The position numbers were made by a program, and so were the translations under genes. The notes beneath the pieces were generated by a model. That model ran no database searches, was not told the DNA's origin, and saw only the letters and a list, made by a program, of their open reading frames with translations. Positions 1 to 18,320 of a stretch of 64,000 nucleotides of DNA are shown piece by piece. Where the stretch lies: NCBI RefSeq assembly GCF_009914755.1, contig NC_060935.1. The stretch is one strand, 5' to 3'. Source of the stretch: the human T2T-CHM13v2.0 reference genome, Homo sapiens. The first letter of the stretch is position 1, and the number at the start of each line of letters is the position of its first letter.

Positions 1-972
1 TTCAGGAGTTTAAAGACCACTATTCATTTAGAGTGAAAAAGGCACAGGAGAGACTAAGGCATTACCATCCATAAACATTTTAGGCCAAATTGAATTATCA
101 TATGTATTTTTTAAATAGAGAGACCTTTCCTGATCTATATTACTTTTGGAGTAGGAAGAAGTAGGAATCAGAATCCGTAAACTTTGATGAAGGTCAGGAG
201 AATTAAAGAAAGAGTTCTGGGATTAAGGTGGGTGCTATAGTGAGGACAGCACGAAGTCAAGGTACCTGAGGACTGAAAAAAGGTAAAGGAAAAAGGGAAA
301 TTTAAAAAAAAACTGTCTTCATTTCACAATTTTTCCTAAAAAGTTTCATAGAAAAAAAAAAAGTGTCATTCAAAAGAAAGGAGCCACAAACTTACAAAAT
401 GGTATGTAGGTACAATTTTAAGCTCTCTAAGTGGTTAAGATACAAGAGCATTGATTCTCCCAGTCCCTAAAAGTTTGTATGCCTTCTATTTCCTAAAAAA
501 AAAAAAAAATCCCGATTCCTATTTCTATGAGAAAGCAAGACGCCTTAGTAGAAAGTACTGATTTTTATAAGAGGAATAGAAGTAGTTTTCCTATAAATGT
601 ATGTTTTTCATTATAAATGTGAAAACACATATTTCAAAATAGAGAAGAAAATTTGCTCATAATTTGGCATTGTACTTTTTCCATTTACCATATATCACAT
701 AGCAGAATCATTATTCTACGTTGCTACATAGTCTTTATAACCACCATTTAAATGGCCACTTACTATTATGTATCTTAATTTGTGAGTTTCTTTTCAAACA
801 TGTTAAGTGTATGCAGCAGGCAAGAGATCCAATTGGAAATGTCATCTAGACAGCTCCACAAAGAATGTATTTCTTGGTTGAAGCATTCAACTCTTTGCTT
901 TCTATTTAATGCAACGGTCTCTGTAATTTTTTCTGTGGTCATATTATCATTGCCTGAAGAATGGACTCCAGG

Positions 973-1360
973 GGCATTCAACATATTTGCTTGTGAATTC
1001 GATGAGGCCTTAGCTAGCATATTTATCAAATTTGTAAGCGGCCCAGGAGTTGAGAGTCATAACCACTATGGTAGATGACAGATTCTGAATCCAAAGAGAA
1101 TTTGATAGGCTGAAAATACGATACAATGAATCAAACAAGATGGCATTTCACAGGGTAAGAGTTGAAAGAACTGAGGATGTTTTGACTAGAGAAAAGATGT
1201 CTTAGAATGGACAAGATAATGGTCTTCAAATATCTGAGGGATTTTCATTATAAAAAGGGAATTCTAAAGAGAACTGTAACAAAAGGTAAATAAGACTATA
1301 AGATTCAAATTAAGAAATTACTTCCTAACAAATGGAGCTGTTAAACAAAAAGACGGCCAC
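973..1360 (+). mobile_element. L3/CR1 LINE fragment (ancient)
   Basis: Degenerate CR1 motifs: ttcaacatattt..atttatcaaattt, gaactgaggatgttttgactagagaaaaga..gtcttcaaatatctgaggg. The 3' tail appears to resume at ~2425-2582 (..ccccttctgagtctacgattctatg) after an L2 insertion. Confidence 0.6.
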
Positions 1361-1364
1361 TGTC

Positions 1365-2420
<1,056 letters not shown>

Positions 2421-2442
2421 AGAGTGTGGTCCAAATCCCTGG

Positions 2443-2522
2443 AAGAACTTGGATGACCCCTTCTCAGTAGGCCATCCCTCAAAAGAACTGGGATGACCAC
2501 TTCTCAATAGGCCATCCCTCAA
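2443..2522. repeat. 40-bp tandem duplication (2 copies, 3 mismatches)
   Basis: aagaacttggatgaccccttctcagtaggccatccctcaa / aagaactgggatgaccacttctcaataggccatccctcaa. Confidence 0.9.
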
Positions 2523-2999
2523 TATCCCTCAAAAGAAGGGTTTCAGATCTTTTGAAGCCCCTTCTGAGTCTACGATTCTATGGGAAACAGAGAAGAGATT
2601 CTGGAAGAGACATAGCTCCCTTGTGGGTTTGAGGCACTGTTCCCACTGATTTACATGCACAGGCCCTGTTTTTCTTGCATATTGAGCAATGAAAGACACT
2701 AGGTCAGGGCAGATTTCCCCAAAGAGTTAATTACTGGCCTGGCCCCAGGAGGACGGGAATAAAACAGGGGCGTGTGGAAGGCATCAAGCTTACATGAGCA
2801 GCACTAATGGGAGCAGTCCACTGCCAGACACCATCTCCATAATGCTACAAATTACCAGAGCCTCTGGAATCCAATTCTGCAGCTGCTGCACAGATGTGTG
2901 TGGAGCACTGGGCTGGGAGCAGAGAAAGGAGAGTGGCACATAAAGAAGATCCCAATCAAGCCAGGTCTCTTGGCATATAAGGAAATAACTACTATTCCT

Positions 3000-3722
3000 G
3001 TCTCCACAGCATAACCAGAAAGATCTATTCAAAATGCCAATGTGATCATGTCCTTATTCATTCTCATCCCCAATCGTGAACCTTGCAGTGGCTTAGCATT
3101 GCTTTTAGGTTGAAGACCAAAATCCCTAACACGTTCTATAAGTAAGGTGAGCCTATGTCCTGGTGTCCCCAGGGTAATTGGAGTTTATGCCTCTTTGGGT
3201 AGTTATTCATGCCCCTTTATTTTACTCTCACAAGTGTTTCAGTTTAGATGGTAAATTATGTGGTTCCCCCTCCTTTTAATGTCCCATGAGGTCTTTTCAT
3301 CACAGATATCTCGATCCTCATCTCCTACTGTGCTCTGAGCAGTAGCCCCACTAGGCTTCTTTCTGTTCCTCCAACTCCCTATTATCCTCCTGTTAGAGAC
3401 TTTACATCAGGTATCCTCTCTGGCTGGAAACCTTTTCCACTTCCCTCCCTTTCACCAAACCACTCCTCCTCTTCCTCCTCCTCCTCCAGCTTCTCCCTGG
3501 CCAGGGAGCTCTCCCTTAGACTGGTCCTTAGCTCCAAGGATGCTCCTCCTCTCCACAACCCTTATCACAGTGGATTTTGGTTATTTGCCTGATTCTTTGA
3601 TCAATGTTCAACTATCTCTCCCATTTGAATGTGGGCAGGAACCATCTATTCTTCACCTTTGAAAGCTGAACAGTAGGCAGATTTGGACAGAATGAATGAA
3701 TAAACAAATCAATGATGAATAA
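3000..3722 (+). mobile_element. L2 fragment containing a MER81-like hAT MITE (~3143-3270)
   Basis: L2 text ending in gaatgaatgaataaac; the insert aggtgagcctatgtcctgg...taaattatgtggttcccc resembles MER81. Confidence 0.6.
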
Positions 3723-4002
3723 CTGGTTACCCACTGTCTTCTCCTGCCAAAAAAAAAGAAAAAATATATATGTATTAATACATTTAGAAAATGGTAGGAG
3801 ATAACCTACTGGTGCCCTTTATAATATAGTTATATATCTGTGTGTATATATACATATATATATAGGTTTTTGAAATATTGACTTTCATACTGTTTTCCTC
3901 TTAAAGCTGGACTCTTTTCCCAAAGATACAACAATAATTCAGTGTACTTTTTTTTTAATAGATTGACCTATTCTCAACACTTTATATAAATGAAATCATA
4001 CA

Positions 4003-4321
4003 GGCTGGGTGTGGTGGCTCACGCCTGTAATCCCAAAACTTTGGGAGGCTGAGACGGGTGGATCACGAGATCAGGAGTTCAAGACCAGCCTGGCCAAGAT
4101 GGTGAAACCCCGTCTCTACTAAAAAAAAAAAAAAAAAAAAAAGAAAAAGGAAATACAAAACTTAGCTGGGCGTGGTGGCAGGTGCCTGTAATCCCAGCTA
4201 CTCGGGATGCTGAGATGGAGAATTGCTTGAATCGGGGTGGTGGAGGTTTCAGTGAGCCGAGATTGCGCTACTGCTCTCCAGCCTGGCGACAGAGTGAGAC
4301 TCTGTCTCAAAAAAAAAAAAA
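4003..4321 (+). mobile_element. AluS (Sg/Sc-like) with expanded central A-tract, inside a short old L1M fragment
   Basis: Full Alu, central run of ~22 A, TSD aaatgaaatcataca/aaaggaatcataca. Confidence 0.93.
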
Positions 4322-4374
4322 GGAATCATACAACATGCAGTCTTTTGTGATTCTTTTTTCACTTAGCATAATGT

Positions 4375-10643
<6,269 letters not shown>

Positions 10644-11198
10644 TGAGGTGAAATTTTACAGATACCAAATCTATCACATGTCTCCTAACTAGCTCTGGAG
10701 AACATTGCAAACATTCTCTGAGCCCTGGCACAAATATGGAAGAAGGTAACAAGCCTACAATATAACCATTTTGAAAGATAAGCCTTGTTCAGTCATTTGA
10801 AAACGTGTGAAAAATCAACCTCCAGAAACAAGTACCTCAGAATGGCTATCCCACCTCCCAAATGTATGGTCAATTTAAGCTTGTAAAATGTTTTCCCAAA
10901 ATTGATCAGGGATGTCCTTTCCAAAAAGTGTCCACTCTAACAGACTTTGCTCTTTTTATTTTGGAGAGCAAGGCTAATAAAGTTGAGGACGTAGGAAAAT
11001 GGAACCTGAGCTTACCTAGGGTCATGAGTTGTGAAGGCTTTAGAGAAATCTAACAGCTCCCAGGGCTATGCGTGGCTGGAAAAAAATAAATCCCAGCTCC
11101 CCAAGACAGCATCATAACGGGTTCCACTTAAGTGTACACATCTGTGGAGCCCACCTCTTTGTGCTCTTTCCCCCAAATCTCCCAGGGCCTGCCCTAGG

Positions 11199-11356
11199 AT
11201 TGACAAACAAAACTCACCTCTGAAATTTCATTAGCACCACCAGAATGTTTGCCTCACAGCTTCCAGGTGGGACAGGAGGAGAAAAGGTATTTTCTGAGCC
11301 CCACCTTAAATATGCAAGCGCCAAGTTCAAGGAGGAGCTATAGAACCTAGAGCTCT
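11199..11356 (+). repeat. Left arm of a ~158-bp inverted duplication of unique sequence
   Basis: Reverse complement of 12211-12370: 5 substitutions plus one 2-bp indel, with a 102-bp perfect core (11218-11319). Confidence 0.95.
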
Positions 11357-12210
11357 AGATCATGTGACTTTCTCCACAGCCCTTGAAAGACATCAGGAAG
11401 AAAAAGGATAAATATACTGGGGGATCCTGGTAAGCCTGTGCCTTGAGGGCTTTCCACCTTCCCACTCTTGACCATCTGGTGTCAAATCCAGTTTCCATTT
11501 CTGAATGTCAGTCCAAAAATAAACAATGGTCTAAAAATGTTTTGCCTCCTTGCTAGCACTTGTAAATTAGCCCTCTACTTCCAACCTAGAGTGCAGACAT
11601 TTCAGCTATTTGGAGCACCATCTCCTCTGTCCTAAATATGAATCAGGAGATACAAAGAACAAAGAAGCCATTAAGTGTCACAGAAATGCACTCTTCACTG
11701 TGTCACAGTGGCAACAGAAGTTCAAGGACATTGCAAACACAGTCTGGTCCAGGATGCAGGCAGCATAACCAGAAAGACAACCAAGACTGGAGGAGTCAGA
11801 AGTTAAACCAAGATGATAGAGCATGATTTAGGACTGGCACCAATCTGGGAATTGCTCAAAACATGCTAGGTGAACAAAATGCCCCCAAATATGTAGTACC
11901 CGGACAATTGATTGAAAGGGGATCTTTTTCCTGGCCCTGGACCTCAGCAACAAATAAAATCAGGGAAGAAGGAGCTCTATACCCATTGCTTATACCACAA
12001 GAGAGTTCTTTCTGTCCCAATGGTCTATTGCACTGAAAATCTCAAGTTCCTTCATTTTCACAGTCTTTGGCCAGTCACTTAAACCCATGGCATAAAGTCC
12101 TCTAGTCTATCAACTTTCAAACTTTTTGGCCATGGCTCACCTGAGAAATACATTGTATACTATGACCCACTAAACATACTCTCTCTCTTTCTCTCAATAT
12201 AACTGGAGAG

Positions 12211-12370
12211 AGAGCTCTAGGCTCTATAGCTCCTCCTTGAAATTCGTGCTTGCATATTTAAGGTGGGGCTCAGAAAATACCTTTTCTCCTCCTGTCCCAC
12301 CTGGAAGCTGTGAGGCAAACATTCTGGTGGTGCTAATGAAATTTCAGAGCTGAGCTTTTTGTTTGTCAAT
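12211..12370 (-). repeat. Right arm of the inverted duplication, apparently inserted into a Charlie4a-like DNA transposon remnant (~12105-12430)
   Basis: agagctctaggctctatagctcctcc...gtttgtcaat is the reverse complement of 11199-11356. Confidence 0.95.
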
Positions 12371-12654
12371 TAAAAGTACAGATAGTACTTTTAATGCATG
12401 CAAAATATTTCCTATTCAATTCAATGTTATTCTCTAAGCAACTCATTTTTCAGTTAATCAAAGTGCAATCCTGATAAGGGAAGGCACTTGCTTAAGGTGC
12501 CTTGCACCTTGGCTAGCCTTGCATGAGGCTAGTTGTGAGCAGGATGGAGACTGAAACCCAAGGCTTCAACCTCACAGCCATTGTGCCTTCACTGGGTTCA
12601 CTGACAATGCAAATTCCAGAAATGAACTTAAAGGCAAGAGTTACCAAACCGAGA

Positions 12655-12896
12655 TTGGGAATTAGAGTCCTTATAAGGAGAGATCACAAGACAGATGATC
12701 TCTCTCTCTCCACCACATGAAGACACAGCAAGAGGGCAACCATCTGCAAACCAGGAAGAGAACCCTCATCAGAACTCAACCATGCTGGCACCTTGATCTT
12801 TGGACTTCCAGCCTCCAGAACTACAAGAAAATGAATGTTTGCTGTTTAAGTCATTCAGTGTATGGTATTTTTGTTATAGCATCCAGAACTAAGACA
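12655..12896 (+). mobile_element. MLT1A-like MaLR LTR, 3' half
   Basis: gccatctgcaaaccaggaagaga-type text, ggacttccagcctccagaact, ends ..actaagaca. Confidence 0.8.
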
Positions 12897-14135
12897 CCAG
12901 TGTATTTATTATGTATTAGTTTTCCATTTTAAGATATTGGTTGGCTCCAACACTGACTACTCCTGTCTCTGATCTCCTGTCATAGCAAGTCTACACTACA
13001 CAAAGGGGCACCCAGATTCCCTCATCACTGCAGGGAACACATGCTTCTCCAGTTGGATGGTAATGATGCTGAAGACCAATGCCCCCTCAACCATTCTGGT
13101 AGCATCACGACACTAAGCACAGGACAGGCACATGGTAGGCACTCAGTAGCTACTTGTTATAGGCTTTTTGGTCATAGTATTTATGTATATATTTGTGAAA
13201 CTATTTGATTAACGATTGTCTCACCCACTGAACAGAAGGGAATTAATGACTTTTGCTTACCATTGGATCTCTGACACTTACTTCAGGAGCTGATATATGG
13301 TAGGTGCTCAATAAATATTTCTTGATTTAAAAATACATGATTGAGTGAACAGACCAAAGGACAACCAGGGATTCATATTATTTCCATAAATTCTCCGGGT
13401 TCACCTTACCTTTCCTATTTAGACTGAATAGACAAATAATTATCCAGTGAATTTTGTTTCTGCACACACTGAAGCATGGCCTCATCTGCCCCTTTGTCAT
13501 AGGCCAGCAATTCCATCACAGAGAAAATGTTTAGAATTTCCCTGAAAATTTAACTCTTTGGAAAACAATTACCTTTTTTCCCCAAAACAAATAATTCCCA
13601 ACATTAATGCCATTTTTTTTATTTTGAAGTTTTACGCAGGGAATAAAAAGAGTTGCAACAAGAAGTTAACATTAGATTTTTTGGTCCAAGATCTTGAGTT
13701 AACTAAATCCTCTCCAATAGGGTTGCCAACTTGGTAAGCTTTAATATAGTTTGGGGAAAATTGCCTCTGAAAGTTTGTAAAAAACAAAGAACAAACAAAC
13801 AACACTGGAGAGGACTATAATAAATAACAAGAATGGTTAGCTCCGTGTAGTAGGATTACAAGTTATTTTTATTTCCTTTTCTTCACTTTTTGTGTATATT
13901 ACAAATTTTCTAAAATTGGTATATATTATTAAGATAATTATGGAAAACATTTAAGTTATTTCTTCTTGCCCTCCCACCACCAAACTGCTTCTCCTCCTGC
14001 ATTTCCTAGCTCAGTGAATGGCACCATGATCTTCACATTTTTCCAAGCCCAAAACCTGGGATCATGTTAGTATCCTCACTGTGTTTTATCTTTCAGAGTC
14101 AATGTGATCTACACACTGAGATGATTATTGCTCCT

Positions 14136-14690
14136 TGCCTTAGTCAACTCAGACTGCTATGACAAAATATCATAGACTGAATGGTTTAAATAACAGACAT
14201 TTATTTCTCACAGTTCTAGAGGCTAGGTAAAGTCCGTGATCAAGGTGGCAGCAGATTCAGTTCCTGGTAAGAGCTCACCTCCTCGTTTGCACACAGCTAC
14301 CTTCTGGTTGTGTCTTCACATGTCAGAGAGAGACAGAGAGAGAGAACACAAACATTCAGTCCATACTACTATTACCTCCCCAAACTTAGTGCCTCAAAAC
14401 ATTTATTATTAACCCTCTTTGTTCTGTGGATTGACTGGGATTCACTGGGTGGTTCTCATTTGGGGTCTCTCATGCAGTTGCAGTCATGTGTCAGCTGGAC
14501 ATCCAAATGGCTCATTCATACAATGACAGCTGATGGTGACTGTCAGCTGGAAGCTCAGCTGGAGCTGTCAACCGAATTGCCTCTGCATAGCTTCTTCATG
14601 TGACTTGGGCTTCTCAGGGTATGGCAGTTAGATTCCAAGACAGAGTGACCCAAGAGCAAGCATTCCAAAAGGCTCAGGTGACAGTTAAGT
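14136..14690 (-). mobile_element. MLT1A0-like LTR (14136-14366, internally deleted) abutting an older MLT1H/I/J fragment
   Basis: ttatttctcacagttctagaggct..gatcaaggtggcagcagattcagttcctgg; then ccccaaacttagtg..gtctctcatgcagttgcagtca. Confidence 0.7.
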
Positions 14691-15278
14691 GACTTCCATA
14701 TTTCCTGTACTTTGATAATTAGATATAGAATATTGATGAGATCTAGATTCTATCTTTTAATAAGAATATTCCCTATGGTGGTATGGTGTGCTTCCATTGG
14801 GAGGCACATAACACATGATGTTTGTCTTTTTATGATATTAACAGCCATTGATTATCAAATGCCTAGATAAAATAATTCATCAGAAGTTTAAATTTGCATT
14901 TTTCAAAGTCATTCCGACTATAGTACAAGTTATCTTAAAAATGAATAAATGTAATAGCTCTTTAATTATGTGCAACCTCATGAGAATGACAATCAAAATC
15001 AAGTTCTAACAATATGAATATTTATTGGGTACCTCCTGCTGGTTTGGTAATTTTAATAGTCTGTAAAAATAAGTAAGTTGAAAGGGAAAGAAAACAGGAA
15101 TAAGTTGTTTTGGCATTCTCTTTCACTGATGCTGTTCCATGATTTCAGAAAGATTTTTATTTTAAAAAAACTTTTGAAATAAAACAAGGGCCCTTAAAGA
15201 TTAACAATAAATTCATTTGCCCCATAATCAAGATAAATAACTGGAGTATGAAAATAAACTTTTGGTTTGCGCAAATGA

Positions 15279-15364
15279 TTGCTTTTGCTTTTCTTTCTTC
15301 TCTGCTCTTTTTTCTGTCTTTACTCCCTCTTTGCTTGCCTCGCTCTTTTTTCCCTCAGGTAAGA
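15279..15364 (+). promoter_or_regulatory. Long polypyrimidine tract ending CAG|GTAAGA (juxtaposed 3' and 5' splice sites); C/EBP palindrome TTTGCGCAAA just upstream (15266-15275)
   Basis: No AG between 15247 and 15356; AG at 15357-15358 directly followed by GTAAGA. Confidence 0.45.
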
Positions 15365-15665
15365 AAATATCTTAAACTTTTTAAAAAAATAAAGGCAGAA
15401 AATCAAAATGTAACAAAATTACAAACACTGTGGTTAAAACTGTTTTTATTCAGAAGTTCCCTGAGCTGAGGAGTTTGCAACCTGCTGTAGGAGCAATGCT
15501 CAGGCTTCTTACATGCAGGTCAGACTGCATTTCAGCAATAACTCAGACCCTACCTGCATCCACCAAAAGATGAGGCAGAGCAGCCAAGAGGAGAGAACAT
15601 TAGACCTCATCTGGGTTTCTAGCTTCACCACTTTCTGTATCATCTTGGTTATGGCTCCACGTGGA

Positions 15666-15812
15666 GTGGTGCATCTCAAGCTTTAATGGGTGTGCCAAAC
15701 ACCTGTGGATGTTGTTGGAATGCAGAGTCTGATTCAAAGGGACTGGAGTGGGACCTGCATTTCTGATAAGCTCCCAGGTGATATCTATGCTGACCTGTGG
15801 ACCACACCTGGA
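15666..15812. mobile_element. MER5A hAT MITE
   Basis: aatgcagagtctgattc..ctgcatttctgataagctcccaggtgat..ggaccacac. Confidence 0.75.
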
Positions 15813-16611
15813 GAGGGGAGGCTATAGAATCCACAGGAGCCACTATCTCTGCCCTTAAAGAAAGTCAATCCTTTTTAAGTTTTTCCCATATGGAATAATA
15901 TTTTCCCTATTAGACCATGAGCATATCAAGTGACATTGCTACTGCCTTAATGATCCCTATTAGTTGAAAATATTTCCCAGCTAGCTTTATAATAAATGGT
16001 ATCACTTACTCCTCGACCACAGGGTATTTATGGTAACTCACTCCAAGTAATGTTGCATGTGAAAAAAGACACCGAGAACTGCCCTATGCAAAGAGCAGAC
16101 AGTAAGAGGGTTTGGAAGCCCACCAAGAAGCAATACTCTTGTCTTTGTCCCAGAGAAGCCAAGATTTTACCACAGGGCTGAAGTCTGGGTGGCCCTTTGG
16201 GTTTCCAGTCTACATCCGAGGCAAAAAAAAAAAAAATGACTTTATGATAATTAGCCTCCACAACATGCTTTCAAGGGAGGCATTATTAGACTTACGTTGT
16301 AGGTGGAGAAACTATAGCCATAGGGATGTCATTGTGCCCACCCAAGGCCACCCAAAGTGTCAGGGATAAAAACAAGGTTAAGAACCAAAAGTATGGGTAA
16401 TCAGTCCTCAACATGAGCCATGAGACATTTTCAGTGAGGAATGTTTATAATACTAGTGAAAATGTCTATGTTAAAAGTAAAAAGTAGGAAAGCACAGAGA
16501 GCTCTAGGTAAAATATTTTGTTATTGCTTATAATTTGTTGCAATTTGAACTTATTTATTTGACACAAATACTTTTCACAAAAATCATTGCTTCAATGTCT
16601 TTTATTATTAT

Positions 16612-16770
16612 ACCTGGACACATTATTTAAATTGTCTGTGCCTCAGTTAATCACCTATGAAAAACTAGGATAATGATGGGACTTTGTGAGGATGAAATGA
16701 AATAATACATGTAGGAAACTTTAGCAGGGTCTGGCATGTGGTAAGCATTACGTAAGTATTAGTTATTATT
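16612..16770 (+). mobile_element. MIR
   Basis: Core tctgtgcctcagtt..ttgtgaggatgaaatgaaataat. Confidence 0.7.
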
Positions 16771-17032
16771 CTCCGCACAGATAATGCAATGCATCTTCTC
16801 AATCATGACACAAGTTTTTCTTTGGCAGGAGCCACGGGTTTCACTCCCCTTCTGTTCTCCACAATGCTTAGTGGTGCTCAACTCAGAGTAGACTTAAAAA
16901 ATGATTTCCTGTCTGAATCCCAAAGGCCAAGCTCTGTGTAACTCAATTTCCTTCCCATGTTTCATACTTTACAGATGTACCCCTCTTTCCCAGAATATTT
17001 ACCATTATATACATGAAATGCTCAGTTTCTAA

Positions 17033-17363
<331 letters not shown>

Positions 17364-17469
17364 CTAAGAAAATTTTTTTCTAAATTATCATGATTTTCTC
17401 GTAGTTTATAATCTTCAAAGTCATTACACAAACATCAACTCATTTAAATTTTATAGCAATTGGTTGAAA

Positions 17470-18168
17470 GAGGCAGAATTTCAATGTGTCCTTTTTATGG
17501 TTGGGGAAACTGAGACCCTCTGATGTAAAGTAATTCCATCAAGGTCATGCTGATTAATAGTAATAACAGCCATTACTGCTAACATTTTTGAAGACTTATG
17601 AAGACTTTTCACATTTTTGAAGACTCATGTGAAGAACAAATGAAATTGCTGATATTTATCATTTAACCTGTCAGGAAAGGTAATTTTATATTGTTCAACC
17701 TAAACACTAAATGCGTTATGTAAGTTAATCCTCCTATGAAGCCTATAGGGTAAAAATGTCTATTTTATCAACAGGGAAAATGAAGACTTAAAAGTGAAGA
17801 CATTTGCCCAAGGTCAAAGAGGGGAGCCAGGATTCAAACCCAGGCCAATATGATTCCAAAACCCAGACTGGCAACAACTCTTACCATATGGCCTCTCTAG
17901 TGTATGACTAGGAAGTGGCAGAGTTTGCACTGCTGCTTAGCTCACTGACTGTTGATACAACATTTTTAGTATTTAAAACTCGGCATGTTTATACTCACTC
18001 CCACAAGAACCACATAAAGGAGAAAAGATCATCCCCATATTAAGGATGAGAAAGTTGAGACTCAGAAAGTTTTAACGTCTTGGTCAAAGTCACACAGTTA
18101 TTAAGTGGTGGGATTGGGATTCAAACTAGGGCTGCACAACATCAAAGTTTGGGCTCTTTACCACTGTA
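17470..18168 (-). mobile_element. Cluster of MIR fragments with a MADE2-like mariner MITE (~17625-17704)
   Basis: ggggaaactgagac, gcccaaggtca..gagccaggattcaaacccagg; atgaaattgctgatatt..aattttatattgttcaacctaa. Confidence 0.65.
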
Positions 18169-18169
18169 T

Positions 18170-18320
18170 CAGTGGTTCCCAAATCACCCAGGAATCTTTT
18201 AAAACATCCTAACTTCAGGTGGCCAATTAAATCACAACCTCTTGGGGTGGAACACGGGTATTTGTAGTTTCTAAAACCCCCCAGGTGATCCCATTGTGCA
18301 GACAAGCTTGGGAACTACTG
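18170..18320. mobile_element. MER5A1-like hAT MITE
   Basis: TIRs cagtggttcccaa / ttgggaactactg. Confidence 0.8.

Noticed and set aside
775-1078. Antiparallel 84/98-aa ORFs as a small gene
   Set aside because: No ATG-supported or homology evidence; they partly overlap an L3/CR1 remnant.
10655-10751. Possible exon ttttacag|atacc...gaagaag|gtaaca
   Set aside because: Poor pyrimidine tract, moderate donor and no recognisable peptide.
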